Shown: one piece after another, positions 1-16,300 of the stretch
Numbering within the stretch: position 1 is the first letter of the stretch
How the letters are laid out: the number at the start of each line of letters is the position of its first letter
From: the human T2T-CHM13v2.0 reference genome, Homo sapiens
Assembly (NCBI RefSeq): GCF_009914755.1
Contig: NC_060925.1
DNA length: 64,000 nucleotides
Reading direction: 5' to 3' (one strand)
The notes under the pieces: generated by a model
What the model saw: the letters and a program-made list of their open reading frames with translations, nothing else
Databases searched by the model: none
What the model was told of the DNA's origin: nothing
Program-made: the position numbers and the translations under genes

Positions 1-116
1 CAGAACTTAAAAAAAAAAATTAAGAAAAAAATGGAAAAATCCGTAGTGACGTTTTTTGGTACGTATAATATTTTGGTATGTATAACTCTTTAAAACTTTT
101 TTATGCTATTATCTTG

Positions 117-124
117 TGTATATG

Positions 125-176
<52 letters not shown>
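117..176. repeat. (TG/TA)n microsatellite
   Basis: Long uninterrupted TA run preceded by TG/TA mix. Confidence 0.95.
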
Positions 177-182
<6 letters not shown>

Positions 183-849
183 TAATGGCAAAAAAAAAGA
201 AACACCATGGTGCTTCAGGTATGGTGCCAGGTGCTGGAAGTACAGTGTTAATCAAGACTTGGAAAGCTTTCATTCTGGTGGAGAAGACAGCAAGTCAACA
301 GGAAATTACATAGAAGTGAATTGTATGTAATTTCTGAGAGTCCACTAAGAGGGAAATCTGACCCAGTTCTGGGGATGCATAAGAGGCTTCCCTGAGGAAG
401 TAACATCCAAGCTGAAAGAATATCATTCTAGGACTGAGAGATGAGCATGCACTAAGATGGAAGGCAGTTATCGTGACCATCACCATCACATCAAGATATC
501 TGTGAATAGATAATAGACATAGGATGGATTAAGAGTGGTCTGTATTTTTCTAATATAATGTTTTTCTATATATCTGTAATAATTTATTTTCTAACTAGGG
601 TTTGTATTGAACATCAACTATATTTTAGACAATGTCCATGGCCTTAGAAGAATAAAAAGGTGAATAAAGTGCATCTCTCTTAAAGACTTTAAAAAAGTCA
701 ATGTGGTAAGGGCCAGAGTAGACATAGACACAAGGAACCATAAAGACATAGAGCTGTCAAGGCGGCACATGGGTCCTTTGTCTCCTTGCCGTGTGACCGT
801 GCTGTCATCTTTCAGCTGCCTTCATTTGTCCCAGGAGGAGCAAGGGTAT

Positions 850-1010
850 AAAATGGCAGTCAAGAACCTGATCTGCAGAATCCCACACATCTGGATGAAA
901 TCTTGACTTCACCTCTTGCTAGTTGGGTGACTCTGGTCAAGTACTTAGCCTCTTTCACACTGGTAAAAAGGAGATAAAAATAATGTCCAGCTGAAGTGGA
1001 TGTTGTTATT
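850..1010 (+). mobile_element. MIR SINE fragment
   Basis: MIR core-like 'aaatcttgacttcacctcttgctagttgggtgactctggtcaagtacttagcctct'. Confidence 0.6.
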
Positions 1011-1649
1011 GATGTTTGTATGAATACATTAATGACATAGAACTCTCAGCTTAGTCCCTATGCTGAGAACTATTCTGTAATACTAGAAGTAACAAGTATA
1101 ATGAACTAAAAAGCACTTTATAATTGACATAATATCCTACCAACATTTTTGTATTCCTTATAACACTGGAAAATAGTATTTAGCATGAGTTTAGAACTCC
1201 AATATTTATTGACTGACTAAGGATTGAGGGAAGTTGAAATCATATTGCCTGTTTTCTTGTTTCTACCATAAGTTTTGCTGAATGAATAGATTTCAATTAG
1301 CAAAATAAAATTTCACATTTATGATGTTATACAAGATGTCCAAACACAAAAATCATATTTATTTACAACTACTGTGTAAATGTTTAAGTTTACGTCAGTC
1401 AAGTACTATTTTTGTTGTGGTATTTAAGTCACTGACAGAAATATTTTAGTTATTGGTGCCAGAAGTGTGGTTAGTACTTTGAAACATCAGCCAGGAAGTA
1501 CATATACCATGATTTATTAAGCAATTGCTTGACTAACCAGGAACTTTTAGATTTTATATTAACAAAGGACAAAAATAATTGTTTTCAATGAGAATGTAAG
1601 AAACTGAAATTTTTAAACTTTTCTAATTTTTTTTTGAAAAACATTTAAA

Positions 1650-2930
1650 CCTTTACAGTTTAAAAAATAAATTTTCATTTTGGGGTAATTCTAGATTTAT
1701 ATAAAATAGTAAGGATAATACAAAGAGTTCCCATATAGGAAGCCCTCACCTGTTTCAATTTCCCCTACCGTTATCATTTCACATCATGGGGGTGCATTTA
1801 TCAAAACTAAGAAACCAAGATTGCTACATTACTATTAATTACAGGCTTTATCCAGCTTTTTTCAGTTTTTCCATTGATACCTTTTTCCTCTTCTAGTATC
1901 CCTTCTAAGATACTACATTACATTTAGTTATCTTTGCTCCGTCTCTACATTACTATTAATTACAGGCTTTATCCAGCTTTTTTCAGTTTTTCCATTGATA
2001 CCTTTTTCCTCTTCTAGTATCCCTTCTAAGATACTACATTACATTTAGTTATCTTTGCTCCGTCTCTACATTACTATTAATTACAGGCTTTATCCAGCTT
2101 GTTTCAGTTTTCCATTGACACCTTTTTCCTCTTCTAGTATCCCCTCTAAGATACTACATTACATTTAGCTATCTTTGCTCACAGACGTCTCTTCTCCATC
2201 TGTGAGTTTCTCAGTGTTTCCTTGTTTTTCATGACCTTGACAGTTTTGAGGAGTACTGGCTAGGTAGTTTGCGGCGTCTTTCAATCTGGGTTTGTCTGAC
2301 GTTTTGGTCATAATTAAACTGGGGTTATGAGTTTTCACAAAGAATACTACAGCGGTAGAGTGTCCTTCTCATCACATTGGGGGTATGGAATCTCAACATG
2401 ACTTATCACTGGTAATGTAAATTGTGATCACTTGGTTAAGGTAGTGTTTGCCAGGTTTCTTCGATGTAAAATTACTGTTTGTCTTTTTCTATATTCTTTC
2501 GTTTGGGAGCAAGTCCAGCCCACAGTCAGGGTGAGAGGTGAGGTAGGGGGATTTGTCTCCTTGTTCTTATTTACTTATTCATGTATTCATCCATTCAATC
2601 ATTTATTTATATCACTATAGATTTGTATATTTACTTTAAACTTTGGTAACAATATAATGCTTTATATATTTTGTTGCTCAAATTGATCCAGCTTTGGTGA
2701 TTGGGAGCTCTTTCAGGTCAGCTTCTTCTTTGTGCCTTTGAGAAACTCTCATCATTTTCCTTGTTGGAACATTTCTGTACTGTCTGGCACTACGAGATGC
2801 TCCTGGCTCATCTTACATTTTCCTGCCCCAACTCTAGAATCAGCCACTTCTTCAAGGAGCCCCAATTCCTTTCAGTAGAGACTGATATTTAGAAACCAAG
2901 ATCTGAGTGCTGAGTATGGTCTTTACTACT
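1650..2930 (-). mobile_element. Old L1M (L1MC/ME-type) 3' region
   Basis: Degenerate L1M 3'UTR-like motifs ('catgaccttgacagttttgaggagtactggc', 'aatcagccacttcttcaaggagccc'). Confidence 0.6.
1824..2180. repeat. Tandem triplication of a 121-bp unit
   Basis: Units start 1824, 1945, 2066 ('ctacattactattaattacaggctttatccagc...'); copies 1 and 2 look identical, copy 3 has a few differences. Confidence 0.95.
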
Positions 2931-3278
2931 ACGGGAGAATCATACATTTTTAACTATGTGACAGGGAGTCTGTGGTCTTGTCAGTGCTTTATGGGTGGGA
3001 AAAATACTGGAAAGATAAATTTGTTGTTCTTGCTATTAAAAGACTCTTCTCCCAAATCAGTGGCTGTATACGTAATGATTTCTATAGCCATTTGTTAGTA
3101 ATGGAGGAACAGCCGCTTGGAGTAATCAACTTTGAACTTCAAAGAAAAGGCAGTGAAGAAGCTCAATTACATTTATTTGTAGGCTGGTGCCATCTAGAAG
3201 CCGCATTTTATTTTCCATGACTACAGATAATAATATTTCTAGCCTTCAGTGGTAAAATATAATCTCCTTTTGTTTTAG

Positions 3279-3308
3279 AGACGTTTCCGAGATGATTTCT
3301 TGTTCTAA
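3279..3308 (+). CDS. Candidate short terminal coding exon (RRFRDDFLF*) of an unidentified gene lying upstream of the window
   Basis: Polypyrimidine tract plus AG ('ctccttttgttttag|AGACGT'), 9 codons then TAA, local CpG retention in non-repeat DNA; reading phase assumed. Confidence 0.3.
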   Translation, partial: RRFRDDFLF

Positions 3309-3988
3309 GTCGAGACTCTTCTATCTTCATGAACATACAGATCTTTTTGCTCAAAAACTTGTCCAAAGTGAGAACAGAATCGCAGGTTGTTAGTGCCCTC
3401 TATTCCAGATTCACAGATCCACAGTTATGTAGTAGAGGGTGTGAAATGGACACCAGATTTGAACTCTAAGGCCTGGCTATGGTTTTGCTTCATCACTTAC
3501 AAGCTATGTAGCTGAAGGCAAATCCATTTTGTTACTTGGAGACGTTAACAAGAAAACTTTCATTTCCCCAATATTTTTATTTCAAAAAATTTTAAACCTT
3601 TCAAAAAAATGGCAAGAATAGTACAATAAATACTTACCTGCTCTTCACTGAGAGTTATCAGTTATTAACATTTAGCTATATTTGGTCAGTTTTTCCTGAG
3701 GGTTGGCCAAGGCAGTGCTGCTTGAGGGATGTGTCAGAAGCTTGGATGTGCGGGCTGGCTCGTTCCAATGTATTGTACTATGGGATGGAGCTGCGAGCAG
3801 GAATAAAAGTAGGAAGCTGTAAGCTTGAAACAGGAGACCAGAGCCTGCTTTCCTTGTCATACCTTGTTCTAGTATAAAATTCCCATTATCTTAAAATGTT
3901 ATATTTGAACCCAGACTTCTAGGTCATTATGAAGGTATATTTGTCAAAGTAGGAGAATAAAACACATCTTATTAGCTTATTAGATTAA

Positions 3989-4290
<302 letters not shown>

Positions 4291-4879
4291 GATTTATAAC
4301 TTTTAAATCCTCAGATCTATACTAGGAAGACCTCAACTTGCACTGTTGCCGGGGCCTCTGCAAAAGTTAGGGAGGGACAGAACACTTACCTAGAAGGGGA
4401 AGGGAGATACTTATTTTCCATTAATTCACTTAATGTAGAAACTGATTTTCTACTACATTCATTTCTATTAGCCAAAACTGAGTTAATTTCTTGAAAAAGA
4501 ATCACCAAAATAAAAGTTTTAAAATCATAACTTTTAGATTTCAAGATTTCTCAAACCAGGCAATTTATTAGACTGTATATTGAAGAATTTAAAAATTAGG
4601 TGTTAAAGTAAAATCATGCATCCACTGGTAAACAACATTAAGCTAAGCATTTTATGGCTTCCAAATTTTATCTGTAACTACTCATTTTTAGCTGGAACTG
4701 CACATCACAAAAACATTCAACAGAGAAGTTTGCTTTAGAGAGGTGTATTTAAAAAATTAAACTGGACGATGAGCTCCATTTCATGGGAGTGGAGGAAGTT
4801 TACGTTTTACTGATTAACCCTGGTTTGATTACTTTTTGTAGATTGGTGCCCCTGGCACCAGTTTTAATCTGATTCAGCC

Positions 4880-6115
4880 TATTTCAGGGGGGTGCAAATT
4901 CAAAACCTATGAGAGCCAGGTAGGCAATGTAGAATGAAGAAAGTAATGTGTGAGAAAAACTAACTGCCAAAATTTAATAAAATTTGATTATTTTTGCTGA
5001 GCTATTGGATATGTATGTAACTTAATACAAACATTTATTGGAGGTTATATTTTAAATCCACATTTGAAAAATACAAATTGGAATGCAGACACAATTAATT
5101 TTTAATTTTTCCTTTATTATTTATTATTTCTGAACTGGGGACTAAAAAGTTTACATCTCTTCTTTTGCACCAAGAAATCAGTGGCAAAACTTACATTTCA
5201 CAGTGTGTGTGCAATACAGGATTCAGTTTTGTATCCTTTAAATGGTTGCAATATTTAGTTTTATTGTTTTATAAAGGCAAATTGCTGTTTGCAAATGTAG
5301 GCACTCTGCCCATGGATAGAAACTTTGCACAATAGTTTTATATTTAGGATAGCTTCTTCTGAGATATTTGTAGATTTCTGGCATTCCTACATTGCCATAT
5401 TGTTTTTCAGTATTGTTTTCCCTACTTCTATAATTATTGCTCTTTGTAACTCTTCAGCCCCGCTATCAATATTAATTGAAAAAAGCCAATTCAACCATGC
5501 TGGTTTATTTTTAGATTTTTACTTTCTGAATTCACTTTTCAATTCAGCAATTTAGGATATGTAATTCAATCCTTTTATTTCTGGAAACTGATTTCAGTGA
5601 ATAGGATTATCATTTTCGGTAACTATTCATAAATGTTTATCTGAGAAAGATTCAAAGTGTTTAAATGGGTTGTATTGTTCAATAAAAAGGCCAAGTATTT
5701 GATCTAATCTTTGGTAAGGAGCCAAGACCAATGTTGTTCATTGGGTGAAATGAAGGAGTTTTTTTTTTTCAATTCACCATTCCACAAGCAAGCCACCTAG
5801 AATTCATGTATAGCTGATCACCATACTTTGCATCTAATTCATCAAGCAAAGTGCTAACCCGTCTGTGCTTCTAACCTCAGGAATATATCTAACTCATGGT
5901 TTTAATTACTGATTTTGAGATATGCTCTGTTTTTAACTCATTAGTGCAGAGTGATTCTGGTGGATAATATAATAAGATTTAAGTTATCTGTCATTACAAA
6001 ACATTACCATCTTGAATTTAAATTTCATAACAAGTTCAATGTTAGCACCAATCACAATAGGGTCACCTCTCTATCCTGTTTACTAATTTGTCCAGACTAC
6101 ATTCAACTCTTCAGG
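4880..6115 (-). mobile_element. hAT-Charlie DNA transposon remnant with degenerate transposase
   Basis: Minus strand 5772-5860 translates STLLDELDAKYGDQLYMNSRWLACGMV, resembling the Charlie8/GTF2IRD2-type 'LLYELDSQYGSLLYYTEIKWLSRG' motif; boundaries approximate. Confidence 0.6.
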
Positions 6116-6119
6116 ACCC

Positions 6120-6270
6120 ATGGTAGATTATAAAAATGGCCACAAATTCTTCCCTTCCCTGAATCCACGTATTTGCAATGTGACTTTGTAGCTATTTACA
6201 TGGAGAGGTGGAATTTGTTTCTCTAGCTCTTGAATATGTTTTGGCTTGTATCTTTGTGACATGATAAGCA
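6120..6270 (+). mobile_element. MLT1-type MaLR LTR fragment
   Basis: 'tggtagattataaaaatggccacaaattcttcc' MLT1F/G-like start. Confidence 0.5.
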
Positions 6271-6829
6271 ATATGTCTTGGTCTCTGTCAATGGTAATCA
6301 ACTTTGATGAGTAAAATCAATATCACTTGTTGTCATCATTCTTGTCTTGAGAACATTAGCAGGGCTGAAGTGGTGAGGAGACTCCTCCAATCCTCAATCC
6401 CTGGTCCCTTACCCACATGTCTTCTCCCCCTTGAGTCTAGTCCTGAAACATCAACCCAAAGGAAATAATTATCATTGCAGTACACTGGCTACAGCTGGGC
6501 AACTAGATGCTATCTAGGGCTGAGTGGACCACTATGACAGCAAGAAAAATAAAACATGATATTTTGACTGAGACATAAATGAGAATGGGAGATAAACTGA
6601 GAAGAAAGAGGGTTGAGAGAGAGGATCTCAGAAAATCAGTAGTCAAGAAAAATAAAGGTCCTCTATGAATAATGGGATAATGTAATTTGTGTAGGGCTTT
6701 TCAGCATGGACATTTAGGTGGAGGAGAAACAGGAAGAGGGCAGAGGGTGGTGGAGGGAATACCTTAGCTGGAGGAGCAGACTGGCAACTGGACACTCACA
6801 ACCACAATTCTCCACCTTGCTTGGCTTTA

Positions 6830-6912
6830 AAATTAATGATATCAGTAGGTTAAAAGTAAGAGGAGAAAAAAAAAGATATGCCATGCAAACACTCATTCAA
6901 AGAAAGCTGAAA
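6830..6912 (+). mobile_element. Old L1M ORF2 fragment (host element, resumes at 14972)
   Basis: 'aaagatatgccatgcaaacact...aagaaagctgaaa' endonuclease-region motif that continues after 14972. Confidence 0.65.
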
Positions 6913-9900
6913 CTGATCAAAGTGATGTCACCAAGATGGCAGAATAGAAGATATTCTGCGCATAGATAGGAGTTTGTAAAAGCCCAGTGGAGCTAAAGAT
7001 CTAAGAAGGTAATTTTGAGAGTGCAGACAGATATCCAGGTGGCTGATCTGCCTTGCCAGTATTGCTTCTGGGTTCAAGTCCAGAAATAATCTAGTGCCCT
7101 AAGGGGGTTAATTACTTCTCTGTTTGGCTTTGAGTTTGCAAGCAAAACTACCTGTCAAGGGTCTGAGAAGAAATTGTGCACACCAGTGCCTTGGCAGAAA
7201 GGTTCATCTGTTTGCTGACACCAGTCTTGGCAGTGAACCTGAAAGTTGCCTGGTTGCCCTGCTGCAGGCTTCTTCAGCTGAGGTCCCACATCAGAACTGC
7301 TTATATAAGGACCCAGAGGAAGATTCACCCATACCTCATAGCCTGGGAGTTTAACCCTTACCAATGGGCTCCTTAGCCTCTGTCCTGTACTGGATCCCAG
7401 GGGGACCCAGTCTCAGCTCTGGTTCCTCTTGCTACAGATGGTGAACTATCTCATCTGTTCTCAGACCTGCTAAAATAGGCATATCTGACTGGATGAATGA
7501 GATGGGCTCTCCAGGCTCTGTACTACAGAGGATCCTGAGGGGTCTCAGTCTCAGCTCTGGCACCTCCTATTGCAATTGGGGAACTATCTCAGCTGTGCAG
7601 GAACTTGCTGGGAGAGGGATGCCAATCAAGGCCAACAGGGCAGACTTTTGGCCCAAGGTCCCTGGCCAGTGTTTTCATGCAGCCCAGTACTTTCCTTGGG
7701 TCTTCTCCAGATCCACCTGGGCTGGAAAGCTGTATCGGAGTCCTCATGAGACTCACAGAAAGCCTCAGATTAGAAAATCTTCTTAGTGCTGAGACAGCTG
7801 CAGTGGTCACACAGTCAGGGAACACAACCGTCAGAAAGCTTAGAATGCCTAGAAGGAACTCTGAAAAAGGACAGGCACACAAAAAGCCAGACTGTGAGTA
7901 ATAAAACAAATACTTAACGTCTTAATGTGCACACATTGTTGCACTTCCACAAGATCAAGAAACTTCAGAAAAATATGACCTCACCAATGAGACAAAATAA
8001 GACACCAGAAACTGACCCTAAAGTAATGGAGATGTGTGATTTCTAAGACAAAAAATCCAAAATAGCTGTTTTAAGGAAACTCAAAAAACTTTAGGAAAAC
8101 ACAGAGAACCAATTCATAAATTTGTCAGATAAATTTAATAGAGAGATTGAAATAATAACAAAAATCATAATCCCTGGAGCTGAAAATGCAATAAATGAAA
8201 CAAAAAATGCAGTGGAGATTATCACAGAATTGATCAGACAGAATGATCAGTGAGCTTGAAGACAGTTTATTTGGAAGTACACAGTCAGAGGAGAAAAAAA
8301 GAAAGAATTAAAAGGAATAAACAAAGCGTATGGTATCTATGAGACAACATCAAAAGGAAATACTCAGGTTATTCAAGTGAAAAAGGGAACTGGAGAAAGG
8401 CAAAGTGGTATTATTATTGTGTTATTATAGTGTTATTACTTAAAGAAGTAATAATGGAAGGGTTTTCAAACTTTGAAAAGCTAGATATGGATAAGTAATA
8501 GATGATGATGATGATTAGATAGATAGATCCAGATATTGATGTATCTATATATTCAGGTATAGGAAGGTCAAAGATTCCAATCAGATTCAACCCAAATTGT
8601 AATGCCACAAGACAAATTGTAACTGAAAAAGAAGATCTTGAAAGCAGTGAGAGAAGAAAGCAAATAACATATGAGGGAAATCCAATACACCTGGCAGCAG
8701 ACTTCTTAGCAGAAAGTCTACAAGCCAAAAGAGAATGGGATGATATATTCAGAGTGCTAAGGGAGGGGGGAAAAAAACCCAAGAATACTGTGCCAAGCAC
8801 AGTTATCCTTTAGGAATAAAGGAGACAAACACTTTCCCAGAACCCCTTCCGGCCCCCATAAGTAAAGAAATTTATCAGACCTTTTCTATAAGAAATGCTA
8901 AATTGTGATTGTTATAGTAACAATTTGTTAATAGATAGATAATAGAAAAATAAAAGTAGACTGCAACACCGTAATAGTGGAGCACGTCAACATCCCATTT
9001 ATGGCCATATGCAGATCTTCCAGACAGAAAATCAACAAAGAAACATTAGAGTTAAACTATATCTAGGCCAATTGGACCTAACACGCATTTACAGAACATT
9101 TCATCCAACTGCTGCAAAATACAGATTTTTCTCACCAGCACATGAAACATTCTACAGGATAGACCATATTTTAGATCACAAAACAAGTCTTAACAAATTT
9201 GAAAAAGTAGAAATCATATCAAGTATCTTTTTTGACCTCAATGGAATAAAACTAGAAATAACAAGAGAAATGAAACCTGCACAAATACCTGGAAATTAGA
9301 CAACGTGTTTCTGATAGATCAATGGTTCAATGAATAAATTAAGAAATTTAAACGCTTATTGAAAAAAACGAAAATAGAAGCACAACATATTAGAATCTGT
9401 GTTATATAGCAAAAGGGGTACCAAGATTGAACCATAAAGAAACAGAAAACCAGAATATATCAATAAGAGGTAATGAGATGGAAGCAGTAATAAAAATTCT
9501 CCCATCAAAGAAAATCAAAGGACCTGATGGATTTATTGCTGAATTCCACAGAACATTTGAAGAAGAACTAATACCAATTCTACTCAAACTATTTCAATAA
9601 TCAAAGAGGAGGGAATACAACCAAACTCATTTTAGAAGGCCAGAAATACTCTGATATAAAAACCAGATAAAGAAACAACAAAAAAAGAAAATTATAGGCC
9701 AACATCTCTGATGAACATAAATGCAAAATCCACAACAAAATACTAGCAAACAGAATTCAGCAACACATTAGAAAGATCATTCACCATAGTCAAGTAGGAT
9801 ACATCCCAGGGATGCAAAAATATTTCACTATATGCAAATCAATAAACATGATAACGTTACATCAACAGAATGAAGGAGAAAAAAAGTAGGATCATTACAA

Positions 9901-10126
9901 TAGATGCTGAAAATCATTTGATAAAATTCAACACCTCTTCATGATAAAAACCCTCAACAAATTGGGTATAGAAGGAACATATTACAATGCAATAAAAGCC
10001 ATATAACAAGCCTATAGCTAATATTAAACTGAGCAAAAAAAATTGAAAGCCTTTCTACTAATATCTGGAGGCAGACAATGAGGCCTATATTGACCACTTT
10101 TAGTCAATATAGGACTGAAAGTTCTA

Positions 10127-13321
<3,195 letters not shown>

Positions 13322-14971
13322 TCCTCAAATTTGCATAGAACCACAAGAGACCTTGAATAGCTATAGCAATCTTGAGCAAAAAGAACAAAGCTGAAGGCTT
13401 CACACTATCTGATTTCAAAATTTACCAAAAAGCTATGGTAAACAAAACTGGGTAGTACTCACATAGAGAGATACACATAGACAAATGGAATAGAACAGAT
13501 AATCCAGAAGTAAATCTACACATTTACAGCCAACTCACTTTCAAAAAAGCACCAAGAACATATATTTGGGAAATGATGGCCTCCTTAAAAAATGGTGCTG
13601 GAAGAATTGGATATTCATACACAGAAGAATGAAACTAGATTCCCATCATTCGCCATATACAAAAATCAACTCTGAATGTATTAAAGATTTAAGTGTAAGA
13701 ACTGAAACTATTAAATTACTGAAACATTAAGGAAACACTCCAGGACATTGGTCTGGGCGTAGATTTTTTGGGTAAGGCCTCAAAAGCGCAAGCCACTAAA
13801 ACTAAAATAGACAAATGGGATTTTATGAAGATAAAAAGCTTCTTCACAGCAAAGAAAACAATTAAAGTGAAGAGACAACCTACAGAAGGAGAGAAAACAT
13901 TTGCAAACTATCCACCTGACAGGAGATTAATAACCAGAACGTATAAGGAATGCAAATGACTCAATAATAAAACAAACACATAATCTGATTAAAAATAAAT
14001 AATAACCTGAATAGACTTTTCTCAAAAGAAGACATGCAAATCACCAACCAGTATATGAAAAAACACTCAACATCACTTGTCATCAGGGAAATACAAATCA
14101 AAACCACAGTGAGATATTATTTTACCCCAGTTAGAATGGCTATTAACAAAAAGACAAAAAGCAGTAAATGTTGGCAAGGATGTGGAGAAAGGGAAACACC
14201 TGTGCACTGTTGATAGGAATGTAAATTAGCATAGCCACTATGGAGAACAGTATGGAAGTTTTTCAAAAAGCTTAAATGAGATCTACCATGAGATCTAACA
14301 ATCCCACTGCCTAGTATATATTCAAAAGAAGGGAAATCAATATATCAAAGAGGCATCTGCACTCTCAAGTTTATTGCAGCACTATTCACAATAGATAATA
14401 TATGGAATTGTCAACAGATTGTCAACAGATGAACAGATAATGTGGTATATATGCACAATAGGATATTATTCATCCATAAGAAAGAATGAAACCTTGTCAT
14501 TTTCAGTAACACAGATAGAGCTGGGATCATCATATCAAGTAAAATAAATCAGGCACAGAAAGATAATTATTGCATGTTCTAACTCATATGTGGGATGTTA
14601 TAAAGTGGATTTCACTGAGGTAGAGAGTAGAATGATAGTTACCAGAAGCTGGGAAAGGAAGGGGAATGAGGGAATAAAGAGAAGCTGGTTAATGGGCATT
14701 AAAATGCAGTCAGATAGAAGGAATAAGTTCTAATATTTGATAGTGCAATATAGAAATTGTAGCTAAAAATGGTTTGATGTATATTTCAAAATAGCTAGAA
14801 GAGAAAACTTTCAATGTTTCCAACAGAAAAGAAAGACAAATGTTTGAGGTGATGGATATCCCAGTTAACATGATTTGATCATTGCTTATGGTATACATGT
14901 GCCGAAATATCACATGTACCCCAAAATATATACACTATGCTGTATTAATAAAAATATAAAATTTCCCTTAA

Positions 14972-15950
14972 AAAGCTGAAATGGCTAATTAGTATCAGAG
15001 AAAGCAAACTTTATAGCACAATGAGGGAAAAACAGGGATATCACCTAATGATGAACAAGTTAACTCACCAACGAGAGAAAACAATCTTAAATGTGCATGC
15101 ACTGAAAACAGAGGTTCAAAAAATGAAGCAAAACCTGACAAAACTTAAAATAGAAATAGAGAAACCCACCATTATAATAAGAGATTTTAACACTTCTTTG
15201 AACTGGTAGAAGGAAAATCAGCAGGAATATAGAACTGAATACCACCATCAACCACCTAGACACAATTAATATTAATAAAACACTCCACCAAATAACAGCA
15301 AAAAACACATTCTTTTCAATGGCACATGAGAGGTTCACTAAGGTATGTCCTATCCTGGGTCATAAAACAAATGTGACAAATATAATGTAAGCCATATTCT
15401 CTGATTGTAATGGAATTAGACTACAACTTTCTAACAGAAAGATAACAGAAACATCTCCAAACACTTAGAAATTATATAAGATATCTCTAAGCATTCAATG
15501 GGTCAAAGAGGGAGTCTGAAAGGAAGTTACAACATAGCTGAACTAAACGAAAATGAAAATATAATGTATAAAATTAGTGGGATGAAGCTGAAAAAGTGCT
15601 TAAAGGGAAATTGGTAGGATTAAAGGCTTACATTAGATAAGAAGATATGTCTCATTAGAAATTTAAATTTGCACATTCTGAATAGAGAGAAAAGTAAAAG
15701 TAAAAACCCAGATAACGTAGAAGAAAGGAAATAGTAAAGATAGGAGTAGAAATGAATGAGACAATAAAAATACCCCATCTCACCACTTCTATTTAAAATT
15801 GTACTTCAAGTTCTATTAAGTGCAGTAAGGCAAGAAAAAGAGACAAAGTTATACAGATTGGAAAGTGGAGAAAATCCTATTGTTATCTGTAGATAACATG
15901 TTTTATCTACATAGATAAACCTTCTAGAACCAACAAATGAGCTTAGTAAG
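14972..15950 (+). mobile_element. Old L1M ORF2 remnant (continuation of 6830-6912)
   Basis: Endonuclease-like remnants (TILNVHA..., IIIRDFNTSL). Confidence 0.7.
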
Positions 15951-15951
15951 A

Positions 15952-16300
15952 TGTACTAGGCCATTCCTGTGTTGATATAAAGGAATACCTGAGACTGGAT
16001 AATTTATAAAGAAAAGAGTTTGTTTAATTGGCTCATTGTTTTGCAAACTTTATAGGAAGCGTGGTGCTGGCATCTGCTTCTGCTGTGGCCTTAGGAAGCT
16101 TACAATCATGGCAGAAGGTGACAGAGAGCCAGCATGTCACATGGCTAGAGCAGGAGCAAGAGAGAGAGAAGGGGAAGGTCCCAAACTAGTTGAGTGAGAA
16201 GTCACTTATCACCAAGGGGATGGTAGTAAACCATTCATGAGGGATCCGCCCCCATGATCTGATCACTTTCCACCAGGCCTCACTTCTAACATAGGGAAAT
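15952..16300 (-). mobile_element. MSTA/MSTB MaLR solo LTR
   Basis: 'ataaaggaatacctgagactggataatttataaagaaaagag...gaagcttacaatcatggcagaagg...ccattcatgagggatccgcccccatgatc'. Confidence 0.85.

Noticed and set aside
1824-2180. CRISPR-like array
   Set aside because: Contiguous repeats without unique spacers, in mammalian DNA
4382-4412. U1 snRNA-like 'acttacct...gggagatac' (also 'cttacctggcag' near 47073)
   Set aside because: Similarity limited to the splice-site-complementary 5' bases; no U1 body or Sm site
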